This document shows, piece by piece, positions 1 to 12,835 of a DNA stretch of 64,000 bases. The DNA is from Camelus ferus. Its lineage: Eukaryota. A program made the translations under genes and the position numbers. Positions within the stretch are counted from its first letter, which is position 1; the number at the start of each line of letters is the position of its first letter. The stretch lies in the NCBI RefSeq assembly GCF_009834535.1, contig NC_045696.1, forward strand, positions 18,726,001-18,790,000. Reading direction: 5' to 3'. The notes under the pieces were generated by a model. That model saw only the letters and a list, made by a program, of their open reading frames with translations. It had not been told where the DNA came from and searched no databases.

Positions 1-974
1 CTTCCAAAGTATGACAAAGTAAAATTAACCTCATTTGAACTCTAATTTGACATTTTGACTACTTGAGATAGGATGAAAAAGATTTTAAGGTAATTTTCCA
101 ATTTTTTTGCTCTTTTATTAATGAAGAAAATGATCTAAAAACATAATACCTGAGTCTCCTGAACATAATTATATGATGCTTTAATATTACTGTGACAGAA
201 GCACTGGTTTAATAGAAAGGAAAAAAGATTTCAAATAAAATTCAATTTTTAACTGCTCTTGTTTCAGCACGCTTTACTTGGTGCACATATAAATGAAATA
301 GCAAGGGCTTGTAGAAAGAAGATACTGAACTTAATAACTTTGAATTCAAATTAATAAAAATTACATCAAAGACACCATTTCATTGTACTGAGTATGTCCA
401 ATCCTTTCAAACTATCCATTAAAAAGATAATGTTTAATGAACAAGAGTTTTGTTTTTATCAATTTTTAAAGCTTATTAAAAGCCTTGAAACAAAATTTAA
501 AAATAAAAATGTGTATCTATATAGAATGATCTGGACCGCTAGGTCCCCTGCATTGCCTGAAATGCTTCAGCTGAACCTGTGAGCAGGCAGCCCTCAGGCT
601 TGAAAGAACATCAGTTAAAGCTATTGTGACCTCATCTGTCAAAGTGATATCTCAGTTACACAAAAACTTCCATCTACATCAGAAATCCATTAACCACTGA
701 TCCTAAATAACAGAGCTCACATAATGGATGGCTGAATTTCTGTTTGGAATGGGGGTTGGCTTATCAGGCTGACTGAGCAAGAGTGGTAAACTGAATGGCA
801 GGAAAAATAAGATAAAGTTTACAACAGACAAAGTAATCCAAACAGTAACAGGTGAAATATCACTTTAATATTACAGTCAGTTTATATTTTTATCAAAGAG
901 AATAGAATTCCATGTGGTTATTTTATAACGTGTTAAATTATTGCTTAAAATAAGAGTGGTACTACCAAACCTTT

Positions 975-1205
975 GTACCATACTTATGACTGTTCAAGAG
1001 CTTTGCAAGTATGAACTAGTGTAAACCCCACAAAAACCCTTTGAGGTGGATACTTTTACTATCCTATTGCTCCACATGGAGGAACTGAGACCCAGAGGTT
1101 TGAGTGATTTGACTTAGTTCACACAGCTAGACAGTAGAGGGGATAAGATATGTTCCCGGACATTCTGGCTCCAAAGACTATGCCCTTAACCTACCCACAG
1201 TACAA
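975..1205 (-). mobile_element. MIR SINE
   Basis: Reverse-complement MIR core (atggaggaactgagacccagaggtttgagtgatttgac...cacacagctag...ctggctccaaagac...cttaacc). Confidence 0.85.
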
Positions 1206-1878
1206 TCTTTCAAATCAGTCACCAGTAAAATGTGTTTGGTAAAACAGTGTCAGATTATGTTTCATCCAAAATAAAGAATCAACTGGGACACTGTGTGCAT
1301 GCTTTTTGTAAGAATGAGCTGAAGTTTTAAATCCTTGAAAATGTGGGGTTCTGATATCATATGCTGTAAGACGGCAAAGTTTGCAGAACATATGTAGTAG
1401 TAAATTTGGCAAATGAATCTTCTAGCATGATTGAAAATAAAAATGGGAGTTAGATATTGCCAAATAAATTGACATGAATTGAGGATTTACATGAACTGGT
1501 GATCCGTACATAGCTTAAGGCCTGGTAAACAGTGAATACTCAATAAATGCTTATTAGCTACATTGTCATGCTTATTAATTATAAGTTGTTAATAATCCAT
1601 ATAGGAGACATCAACTCATATGTACAATAAGACCATAAATGTAATGATTAGTAATATTTATTGGTTTGATTCTTATTTACTCAAATCTTTTTATCTATAT
1701 CCAATATATTTCACAGATACTGTATTTAATTACATTTCACCAAAAACCTGATGCAATAATGACAAACCTGGCAACGATACCAGTTAAGAAGTTAGCAAGT
1801 GTTAAGGTAAAGTCAAATGTTACCTCTGTTTTGGAACCCAGTTTTATTATAGTTTTCTAGAAGCTCTGTGTAAGTCCC

Positions 1879-2262
1879 TGTATTAGTCAGGATTCTCCAG
1901 AGAAACAGAACTGACATAATGTGTATATAGACAGAAGGAGATTTATCTTGAAAAATTCGCTCATGTCATCATGGGGGCTTGATAAGGCCAAAAACTGCAG
2001 GGGAGACCAGAAAGCTAGAGACCCCGGGAAGAGCTGCAGTTGAAGTCTGAAGGCCGTCTGCTGGCAGAATTCCTTCTTGGTCTGGGAAGGTACATCTTTA
2101 AACTGACTGGATGAGGCCCACCCATACTGTAGAGGATAGTTTGCTTTGTTCAGAGTCTATTGACTGAAAGCTTATCTCACCCCAAAAATACCTTCACCAA
2201 AACACCCAAAATAAAGTTTGACCTGGCATTGGGACACTGTGGCTCAGCCAAGTTGACACAAA
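1879..2262 (-). mobile_element. MLT2-family ERVL LTR
   Basis: Starts tgtattagtcaggattctccagagaaacagaa (reverse complement of the MLT2 3' end). Contains ggatgaggcccaccca and ends near gccaagttgacaca (reverse complement of the MLT2 5' end). Confidence 0.9.
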
Positions 2263-2957
2263 TACAAATTCTGGATGTTTGTAGACAACCTGATAGCTTA
2301 AAACAACAAATAAATCGGGTTTGCATAAAATTTATCTACAGACATCCAGGAGGAAAATAACAAATGCAGAATTCATTATTATCTATGGACATGGTACAGC
2401 AGAGTGAGACTGCGTTTAATGCTGTAGACAGATAAAAATGATTTGCAATGAGAGTATGTTTAAAATCTTGTGAGTGATCATTAAAATTTTAATTGGCAAA
2501 TTTCATATATAATACTCTCCACTGTGGTCTATCCTAGAAATGGAGGCAGTGCCAAAACAGACTGCAGTGGATGAGAAATTCAAACTGAAATCTAAATTAT
2601 CACACAAAATAGAGGCCTAGTCTAATATAATGGTGGGTTCTGAATTGTAATTATGGTAATTATTATACTTAATTAAGGACTATGAATTGTATTCTATTCA
2701 ATATATGATTCCTTCCTTCTCTATTCCTGCTGCCTCTATTTATATATAAAAGAGCAGGCATTTTAGGACAAAATATTCAATGTCATCTTTTTTCTAAGTC
2801 CACATTATCACTGAGAGCTCAAAGTGGAGTTTGATGGTGGGTTTTTACACATCAAATAATGATATTTGTTTAATATCCAGGTTAAATAAGAGTTTAATTG
2901 GTTTTTTTATTCCCATTTGTATTCTCCAACAAATTTGTCTTTCCATGAGTGTCAGTT

Positions 2958-2982
2958 TGTGTGTGTGTGTGTGTGTGTGTGT
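2958..2982. repeat. (TG)12 microsatellite
   Basis: Directly visible. Confidence 0.98.
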
Positions 2983-3282
2983 TTAGAGAAACAGTCACAT
3001 TGCACGACAATTGACTGCATGTAATACTAATTCACAAAAATTTCTGGGCTTCTTCATTAAATGAATTATTTTTCAAATTTTGTATGTTTCTTAGAATTAT
3101 AACATTCTAATTTGGTTGAGTTTATATAACAAAGCAAGTATTTGTTGGATGGAATAAATGTTCCTTTGTAAGTTTCAGGTGGTTATGTAAATCCTATAAA
3201 TGTATGTTCCCACTTTTGTTTGTTTTCTCATCTTTAATAGAACTCAGCTGCAATAAAAAAACTATTTTTAATTTAAATTAAA

Positions 3283-5295
3283 ATTTTAAAATTGAAGTAT
3301 AGTTGATTTACAATGTTTCAGGCGTACAGCAAAGTGATTCCATTATATATATATCATATTCTTTTCCATTATAGCTTATTACAAGATACTGAATGCAGTT
3401 ACCTGTGCTATATAGTAGATCCTTGTTGTTTATCTATTTTATATATAGTGGTATGTATTTGTTAATTCCATACTCCTAGTTTATCCCTACCCTCCTTTCC
3501 CCTTTGGTAACCATGTTGGTTTTCTATGTCTGTAAGTCTATTTTTGTTTTGTAAATAAGTTCATTTATATCATTTTTAAATTTTCATGTATAAGTGATAT
3601 AATATGGTGTTTGTCTTTCTCTTTCTGACTTGCTTCACTTAGTATGATAATTTTTAGATCCATGCATGTTGCTGCAAATGGCATTATTTCATTATTTTAA
3701 TGGATGAATAATATTCCATTGTGTATATATAGCACATCTTCTTTATCCATTCATCTATCAAGGGACATTTAGGTTGCTCCCATGTCTTGGCTATTGTAAA
3801 TAGCACTGCCATAAACATTGGGGTGCATGTGTCTTCTTGAATTAGAGTTTTATCTTTTCCAGCTGTATGCCCAGGAGTAGGATTGCTGGATCATTATGGT
3901 AACTCTAATTTTAGTTTCTTAACAAACCTCCATACTGTTCTCTTTAGTGGATACACTAATTTGCATTCCTACCAGTGATGTAGGAGAGTTCCCTTTTCTC
4001 CACACCCTCTCCAACATTTATTATTTGTAGACTTCATGACGATGTCCATTCTAACCAGCGTGACTGTATGTCTTCTTCAGAGAAGTGTCTATTTAGATCT
4101 TCTACACATTTTTAAAATTTTGATTGGTTTTTGTTTTTGTTTTTGTTTTTTGATATTGAGCTGTATGAGCTGTTTGTGTAGTTTGGAATATTACCCTTTG
4201 TTGGTTGCATTGTTTGCAAATATTTTCTCCTATTCCCTAGGTTGCCTTTTCTTTTCTTTTATGGTTTCCTTTCCTGTGCAAAAGCTTTTAAGTTTAATTT
4301 GGTCCCATTGTTTATTTTTACTTTGGTTTTCATTACTCTAGGAGATGATCCCCCCAAAATACTGCTGTGTATGTCAAAGAGTGTGTTGCCTATGTTTTCC
4401 TCTAGGAGTTTTAGTATGCAGACTTACATTTAGGTCTTTAATTCATTTTGAGTTTATTTTTGTATATGATATTAGAGAATCTTCTAATTCGATTCTTTTA
4501 CATGTAGCTGTCCCAGCACCACTTACTGAAGAGACCCTTTTCTCCATTGTACATTTTTGCCTCCTTTGTTGTGGATTAATTGATCATAAGTGTGTGGGTT
4601 TATTTCTGGGCTTTATATCCTGTCCCATTGATGTATGTGTCTGTTTTTGTGCCAGCACCATACTGTTCCATTACTGTAGCTTTGTAATACAGTGTGAAAT
4701 CACTGGAAGGAGTGTGATTCCTCCAGCTCCATTCTTCTTTCCTAAGTTTGTTTTGGCTATTCAGGGTCTGTTGTGTTTCCAAACAAATTTTTAAAAAATT
4801 GTTTTAGTTCTGTGAAAAATGCCATTGGTAATTTGATGGTGATTGTATTGAACCTGTAGATTACTTTGGGTACAATGGTCATTTTAGCAATACTGATTCT
4901 TCCAGTCCAAGAACATGGTATATCTTTCAATCTGTGTGTTTTCTTAATTTTTCTTTTTCCATCAGTGTCTTACAGTTATTGGAGTACAGGTCTTTTGCTT
5001 CTTTAGGTAGGTTTATTCTTAGGTATTTTATTCTTTTTGGTGTAATGGTAAATGGAATTGGTTTCTTCATTTCTCTTTCTGATAGTTTGTTATTAATCTA
5101 TAGAAATACAGCATATTTCTGCATATTAATTTTGGATCCTACAACTTTACCAAATTCACTGATGAGCTCTAGTAATTTTCTGGTGGCATCTTTAGTATTT
5201 TCTATGTACAGGATCATGTTTTCTGATTTCCTCTGATTTCTTTAGTGATCCATTGGTTGTTCAGTAGTATATTTATCCTCCACATGTTTGTGTTT
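3283..5295 (-). mobile_element. 5'-truncated cetartiodactyl-type LINE-1 (3' UTR plus degenerate ORF2 C-terminal half) with internal deletions
   Basis: L1 3' end ttgaagtatagttgatttacaatg. ORF 4600..4782(-) contains DFTLYYKATV, matching the L1 ORF2 motif DFKLYYKATV. Frameshifted, so non-coding. Confidence 0.95.
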
Positions 5296-6401
5296 AAAAA
5301 ACCAACATTTTAAAATAGGTAATTGTATGATTTGTATCCATATTTGCTAAGGTGTTATAATCTTCACTCTTTAGAATTCCAACAGGATGCTTACTAATAA
5401 GAATCTAAAACTTGCTGTCATAGCACGTGCCATTCATAACATGATAAAGCTCAGTGATGAATATGAGAAAGCACATTGGTTTTCATTAGAGGACCTTCTG
5501 ACCTCACTTGTATGCAAAGTAGTGAATCATTAAACAGTATGTCCTGCATAAATATTTTCTATTTCTACCACTAATGAGGCCTTCTTTTTGAGACCAATTT
5601 AATAGGGTAGCAGAATAAATGAACTTGAAATTACTGTCCATCTATTTTACATGTATGCAAAGATAACAAATATTCTTAAACATTCCACATGATTTCTTAA
5701 AGTTAACATTGTAACCTTACCTGCATTCTTTTATTTTTTAAAGAATCTTTGAGGATTCTATAATGAGAGTTTTTCATTAAATATTGAAACATTTCTGAAG
5801 TTATTATTTTATATTCTGCTCATTATAAAGAGTTTGGAAATACAGAGACAAAATTTAAATCAAGGAACAGAGCCTTCTAGCTATCTAAGCATATAAAAAT
5901 AAAAACTTTAAACACATAAAGAAACACACATATTTATACTTACATATATTAATTGGTATGAGAAGTAGGTAGATGGCACTCTAGGAACAAGGAGAAAAAT
6001 AACCAATTTTGCTTGGGAAAGGAGTAAAAGACAAGAGATACAGAAAAGGAAATTTTTGAACTTAAATTTTATGTGCAAGTTTTTTTGATATGTTACAGTT
6101 TGTAGAGGATATGTAGGAAAGGAGAAAGAAATTAAGCACATAGTTCAGTGTAAGGAAAGTGCATAATCTGTAAATTTAATGATCTTAGTATAAAATTTGG
6201 TTTTATTGGACAGCTTCCAATGACAAACTCTTGTTGAATTATGAAAGGTCTCCTGTAACATGTAAAGATATTCATATTTTACACCTATAGACTGTGTGGA
6301 CATGTTGAAAGGGGGACACACACATTCACACATAAATTTAACATATTCATATGCATCTGTGAATGTATTATATGTCACACACACATAGATGCACTTACAC
6401 T

Positions 6402-6566
6402 CTTTTTTGCTGAGATATAGTTGAGGTACATAAGTTACAGGTATATAACATAGTGATTCACAATGTTTAAAAGCCATGTTCCACTTAGTTATTATAAAAT
6501 CTTGCCTATATTCTCTGTGTTGTACCATGTATCCTTGTAGATTGTTTGTTTAATATATAAATAGTA
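6402..6566 (-). mobile_element. LINE-1 3' end fragment
   Basis: T-run followed by gagatatagttga...ggtatataacatagtgattca...tattctctgtgttgtac...atccttgtag, typical of an L1 3' UTR reverse complement. Confidence 0.8.
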
Positions 6567-6589
6567 TAAATTCTTAGTAGTAGCAGGAT

Positions 6590-6815
6590 AAATATGGTAG
6601 TGGTGTGGATGAGGAAATAATAATCTGGCTATGGTGAGTTGTTAAGATGCAACTGAGAAAAGATAACAAAGTCCTGATTTAAAACGGTGATAGTGGGGAT
6701 GAAGAATTGGACAGAATTTGAGGAATTTTGAATTGGAACGTCTATCAACACTTGGTTCTTGAATGAGAGGGGAAAATGAAAGAAATATGAAGAAAAATGC
6801 CAGATCTGTTGATGG
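6590..6815 (-). mobile_element. L2 fragment (degenerate)
   Basis: Purine-rich L2-like phrases (gtgatagtggggatgaagaattggacagaatttgagg...caacacttggttcttgaatg). Confidence 0.55.
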
Positions 6816-7935
6816 AATGTTACAGGTATATAACATCAGTCTCTCTCTGTCCTCCTGCTCCCTTATTTACTTTCATGTGCTTTTCAACTATATAAAGTTA
6901 CTTAAAAAGCAAGCTAGATATTTTTGATGATTTATTCATTAAATAAAATTTATGGAACATAAACAAATGCTCTATTAGCATATATATTTACTGTTTTGTA
7001 AAAGCAAACTTACTGATTTGAGAAAACTACTCCAGAATCATTATATACACATTTATTTATTATTGTCCTTGACACTTGATATAGAAATAATTCTGTATGA
7101 AAGTGATCAACTTTTAAATTATAGTCTTCTTTTTTTCTTCTCATTGATCAGTACTGTTTTCCTTATATAATTTTGAAATAATATTTCTTATTTAAAATAG
7201 TTATATATTCTTAAATAACACAGCTTAAGATCATTTTCCCTTACCACATTACATAACGTAATGAAGTAAGTCATGGCTGAATCGATTTGAGGTAACCAGT
7301 ATCATATTTATTAAATGCTCACATCATAAAATACACAGAATGAAATTATCTGCAGAAGTTAGGACTAGAGCTTAAGATAAATATTTTAGAGAGAAATACT
7401 TGTGAATAAACTAAGTAGGATTTAGAATTCAAAGTACGGGCTAAATATACCAAACTTACTTCCAATTATGTAAAAAGGGGTTAAGGAGGAAATTCTCCCT
7501 AGTCCTTTTAAATGTGATAAATTATTGAAATTTGCTCATTCAATTATTTGAGAAATAGGAATAAAGCACTTCTGGAAGGCATTCAGGTAGCACAATTAAA
7601 AATCTATTGGTTACTGCCTTTCAACATTTAATATAGATAGAATTCAATGTGAAGATATTTTTATTCTGAAATATCACGCAGAAGAACAGTAGGTTTTTTT
7701 TAATCAGAGCACAAAACATTTACAATATTCAGAATGGAAAGAAGAGAGTAATTTCCATCAAAATTGTAATGTCCAACTTCATGCAGAAGTCAACTCATCA
7801 CAAATTAGAAATTAAAGGACAAGGAAGTATCATTTTAAAGAATTGATGAGAAATAAAAAATAACTCTCTGCACCAAAACTATGTAATTTTTGCCTTTTGG
7901 AAATCTTATAGAATGGAAGGAAGTTTTCTGATTAC

Positions 7936-8040
7936 CTGGGCCCAAGGAGTGGAGCTGAAGACCTCTTCTGCCAGGCGCTGTCTTCCTTGTTGATTTCTAT
8001 TTTCAGAGTTTCTGTCACAGCCTCTTCCCTTGTCTCTTTC
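7936..8040 (-). other. Candidate 105-nt spliced exon (product unknown)
   Basis: Minus strand reads gaatgtttttttacAG|gaaagagac...gggcccag|GTaatc. Length is divisible by 3, the body is purine-rich, and two frames are open. Confidence 0.3.
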
Positions 8041-11000
8041 CTGTAAAAAAACATTCACTGCATTGTACAGCAACAAAGTCGTTCAGTTTTTATATAACAA
8101 TCCTAGCGAATAACTGGTTAACATCGAGCGTTTTATCCACTTCTTGAAGCAGTTGCTTTGGTCAGAAGTTTAAATATCCACATTTTTCAGAGAGGTTGTT
8201 TCACCATCCCCAGCATGGACAGGTTGGGGAACAGAGACTGAGTGCACTGACTGAGAGTTTAAGAAGACACAGTTGAGGGAGTAAAATCCCCCAAACAAGA
8301 GTAATGAAGATAAAAACAATGAGACTATATGATGCGCTGAACTATTGTACAAAGGTAAATACCAGGTAACAATAAAAATGACCTTGGTGGGCACAGTAGT
8401 CAGGGTTAAGTTGCAAGGCATATGATACATGCAAGGTGAAACAGACAATGAGTCAGTATTGGGCATTAAATCACTCAGAATCAGTAAGAGGGGATGAGCA
8501 GATAAACTCAGAGCAAGCTTCCAGCAATCATCCCCTAAACTGTATTTGCTGTTCCTTTTGCAGTGGGAAGGGAACTGCCTTTTGAAATGGGATCCTGTCA
8601 ATATAACTACAGTCCTTGAAAGCACCTTCCCTGCCACAGTCCATACCCACAGGACCGTCTCCAACCCTTCTTCTCTCCTCAGTTACCACCCAATGAATTC
8701 CAAGTTTCACAGCAATACTAAAATGAAAATCAAATCTAACACCCTAGCTGTAAGCAATCATTGAAATGAAATTTAGATTTCCAGCTTTAGCAGTGTTATT
8801 GTCTTCTCTTTGTGGACTTCTTTTTAGGAGGCATCCTTTGGAAGATATATGAGTGGATCTTGGACCAAATGCTGAATAAGCTCATCCACATGATCTGCCA
8901 TATTGAGCAACTTGATTCATCTTTAACAAAATTGCTTAAGAATATAATTTACAAGATAAATTATCTTTTCTTCAGAGATGACTGCTTGCCATGATTATTT
9001 TTTTGAATATTAGAAATGGCAGAATGGCTTCCAGATTTTCTTTTGTACCATCTGTGTTTATGGCTATCAGATAATTTCTCATCTTTCCTTCTGGCTTAGG
9101 CAGAATATTATTAAAGTCAGTATTCTATGTATAATACCCTATCTTCATTAATTATTTTTTCACAGTAAAGACTGAATAGAATAAAATATTAATGAATATT
9201 TTTCTTTAATATTAATAATCTATTATAGGAATGAGAGAATCACTTCATAGTATTTTGATAGCAGACAGCATAATAATTTGAGGGATTTTTAAAGACAAAT
9301 TGTGAAATATATTTATGTATATTTTTTTTACCCAGAAATAGAATCCAGAATTTTCATCCTGGGTCTGTGACCACCACAAACATTTAAAAAAGCACTGTTA
9401 AACAAAGTACTTCTTAAAGGAAATTCTTCTATATTTTTGTGCATCGTGAAGATTTATTGGTGTGAAATGTGAAGGAAAATTTTCTTGGTCACTTGTGCAA
9501 ATGAAAAGTATAAGAACGACCATAAATATAATGGCTTGTAAAATGAATTTGAAAACATTTAGAATGATTTAATTCTACTAAGAATCACACAAGTTATATT
9601 TGAACAAGGGTTTGGGAAAAAATCCTCACCATATTGTTGATAACTTCATTTAATTCATACTTTTGAAAATCAAAAGGAATAATATCCTTATATGATTGAT
9701 TCTAGATAATTGTCATCTTTTACATAAATACACTGGCCATCCATCTTATTTTTGTAAAGAAATTATGTACATATTCGGCTGAGTTCTCATTTCTTTCCAC
9801 AAAGCACTGATGGATACACCGTGCAGGAAAAAAAAACACAAAATATTGTAATTATGTTGCTGATTGTATTTATCTTCTTCTGTATTAACAATGATTGTAA
9901 TAATGACATATCAAACGAAATATGTACATAAATTCAATGCACATGTATAAAAATATGTAGAAATTTATGTTAAAAACAAAGATAACCTATTATTAAAAAC
10001 AGCCATCAAATTAAAATTTCTTTAGCTCCAACTGGAGAAAAATAACTAGATTTTTTTTTTACACAAATATATACCTTTTAACAATAATGTAACTTCATTT
10101 TAAAAGGTATAAATAGTTTTCTCCTTTTAAAAATACCATCTATAATTTTTTAAAATATTGACACATGTAAGCAATGTTTCATATTGTGTCAGGTGGTTCT
10201 GTTTTGCAAATCTAATTAACATCTCTTTTTCCTAATGGACTGTCTTTTATTCTAGGCCAGTCTGGCAACAATGCTTTCATTTTCCACAGTGCACATGATA
10301 AAAATTTAAAAATCTGGCATTTCGTGGGGAGTGTAAATTCAGACCTAATTCTGCACTGATCAGGTAAAATGAAAGACGCAGCAATTTTGGAAACTGGAAT
10401 TGGAAAGTTAATAGGAATTTTGAACTTTAAATGTTTCAGTATTTCTGGGTGGCACATTGTATAACCTTTGGTTCATGTGTTTATGTTGCATTTGAGAGGA
10501 AAAAGATAAGAATGTAGTAGGACATAGCAATGATTTTTAGTAAAATGGTCATGACTTTAGGTATACAATCAATCAACAGTAATTTCACAGGATATCAATG
10601 CACTCAAATGCTTTTTTCCTTACAAGTAAATTTTAAGTATTAAATATCAACATTATTAATTAAAATTTATTTTTAAATCTGAATGTTAGGTATTGTATGA
10701 TTTAACACCATTTAGATAACATGTTTTGTTTGTTGAATTCAAAGCTCTTGACATTGTATATTTAAAGGGATGATGTGTTTCTTTGTGTGCTATGTGCTAT
10801 CCCTGTATTATGACGTTGTATTTTCTCATAAATATTTGAAAACATGATTAACACGTGCCAAGTGTATTATATAGCTCGCAGTTTATTTGAAGTTCATGTG
10901 ATCATTATATAAATGACATAAAATCATAATATGACTGATAGGTCTAATACGTAGTGTAACATCAAGACCATTATGTTCTTTAAAAAATGGTGACATCAGA

Positions 11001-11879
11001 ATTCTAGGAGTGAAACACAACCTTTCAGACCTAAATCACAATGTATTTTTATTTTCATTAGAATTTTGTTAGAATATTTTTTGTCAGAAAATTGTTAGAC
11101 CATTAAAATTTGTCCCTAAATGTACCAACTACTTGAATATTTATCAAGCTCAAAATATAAATCCACAAATCCTGATACTTTATTGAAGTTTTTTTTTTCC
11201 TGTCAATGCACTAAGTACTAAGACAGTTGTATAAAGAAGCCTTCTGATCTCTGACCTGGATTGTGTTCAGCTCTTTGGGAAGTAAAGCAGAAATGGAACT
11301 GTAGAAGCTGGAATGCATCTCAGATGATTCTAGAGGTTAAGTCAGAGAGTGTAACAAAGATTGGATTTCTGGCATGTTGCAGGCATCACTGTGTAGTTAA
11401 TCTCACTTAGTTTTTAGTATATCCATTTGAAAGCTACTACATACTCTATAGATTTCAGGAAAAGCAAAGTGAGAGTAAGAAGCTGTTTACAGTTATTTAA
11501 ATTTACATTAAGATTATCTGAGGAAACTGACAAAAACCCACCAAGCTAATTTGGACAGGTAAGTTACAGAGATTTAAAAAAATCTCTTTAAGTGAATTTT
11601 TAGAAAGAGAACAATCCCAATCTGGTATCATATCATTGGACAGTAGGACAATAAGGCAAGACAATAACACTGTGGTTACAATGTTCCATGAGATTTTAGA
11701 ATTTGCCTAAATCTGAAATTAAGACTCAAGCTTTCATTAATACATAATCTATTTAACAAGATTTTTCACTTGTTTCTATTACTGTTTTTCCACAGTGGAC
11801 TAGCTCATGTACCTTTCAGTGGCCAGGAATATTATTACATATTTACATGTATTACAGTAATCATCATCTTAATATTTTG

Positions 11880-12080
11880 TCACATTCTGGTTGTCAGATA
11901 CAATGTTGGGCATTTTATTTTCCATTGTGTTTATTATTTCCAAACACTCTGAAAGGAAGGGTTACTGCCATTATTTTACACATGTGGATGCTGATGGTCA
12001 GAGATGTTGCTTAAAATACCATACCTATTTTTCTCCATTTATGGGGAAGCTGGAACTTATTCTTAGTATATTCAGTCATA
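11880..12080 (-). mobile_element. MIR SINE (degenerate)
   Basis: ccattattttacacatgtggatgctgatggtcagagatgtt resembles the reverse-complement MIR core. Confidence 0.6.
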
Positions 12081-12835
12081 ACATCTGTGCATCTTTTCAA
12101 GTCTGTTTCTGTAGTGAGTCTCTGAAAGCTAGTTGGAAAAAACTAAGACAGGAAGTGACAAAAATGAATTTTACTATTTAGCATTAGTTACATTGACTCA
12201 GCAAAAAAATTAAACTTCTAGAAAAAGAATTTTAAAAAATTGAAAACAAAATATGGTGAAACATTAAAGAAAAATATTGCATCTTGTATTGAAGAGCATG
12301 TTAACTCTATTTGATTACCTTGTTAACATCCCACTTTTCTTTAGATGAAAAAATAATGATGATGTTTCACAATAAGGTAACTATTCAATCTCCTTTTCAA
12401 TGTATTTTTTACGAAAAAAGAGTGCTTGTATTTCAACATTGGCAAAGTTTTTAGCCTGTGTTAGATTGTATTTCCAGGCATCGGTAGTCACACATTTCAA
12501 TATATCTAATGGGATATTGATTTTCAAATAAAGTGCTATGAGGTGAAAATAATGTCACGTTATTCTAGGAAGTAAAACAGGGGAATGAAAACTGCATAAA
12601 TTGCTTGGATGTATATGAATTTACATATGGATCAAAAACTACTTAAATCGCCATAAAGTAGCAAGAGTTAAATCATGTTAAAAAATGCAAGTCGATTAGG
12701 ACAGGTACCCCAAATTATAATTAATGTCAGGTCATTCATAATATTGATTGCAGAAATAAGCTCAAACTTAAAAATAGCTACTTTGTGTAATCTTTTTCAG
12801 TAATATTGGACCCATTTATCCATTTATTTAATTAT

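Noticed and set aside
4036..5236. Several 100-149 aa + strand ORFs with hydrophobic, Cys/Phe-rich sequence
   Set aside because: They are antisense readings of LINE-1 ORF2, not membrane proteins.
5721..5757. Minus-strand strong donor CAG|GTAAGG with a nearby AG
   Set aside because: Poor acceptor, 37-nt length, and an in-frame stop if joined in phase 0 to the 105-nt candidate.
8170..8994. 164-aa and neighbouring ORFs in non-repeat DNA
   Set aside because: No recognisable domains, near-cognate starts and no consistent exon structure. A highly decayed pseudogene or transposon cannot be excluded without a search.
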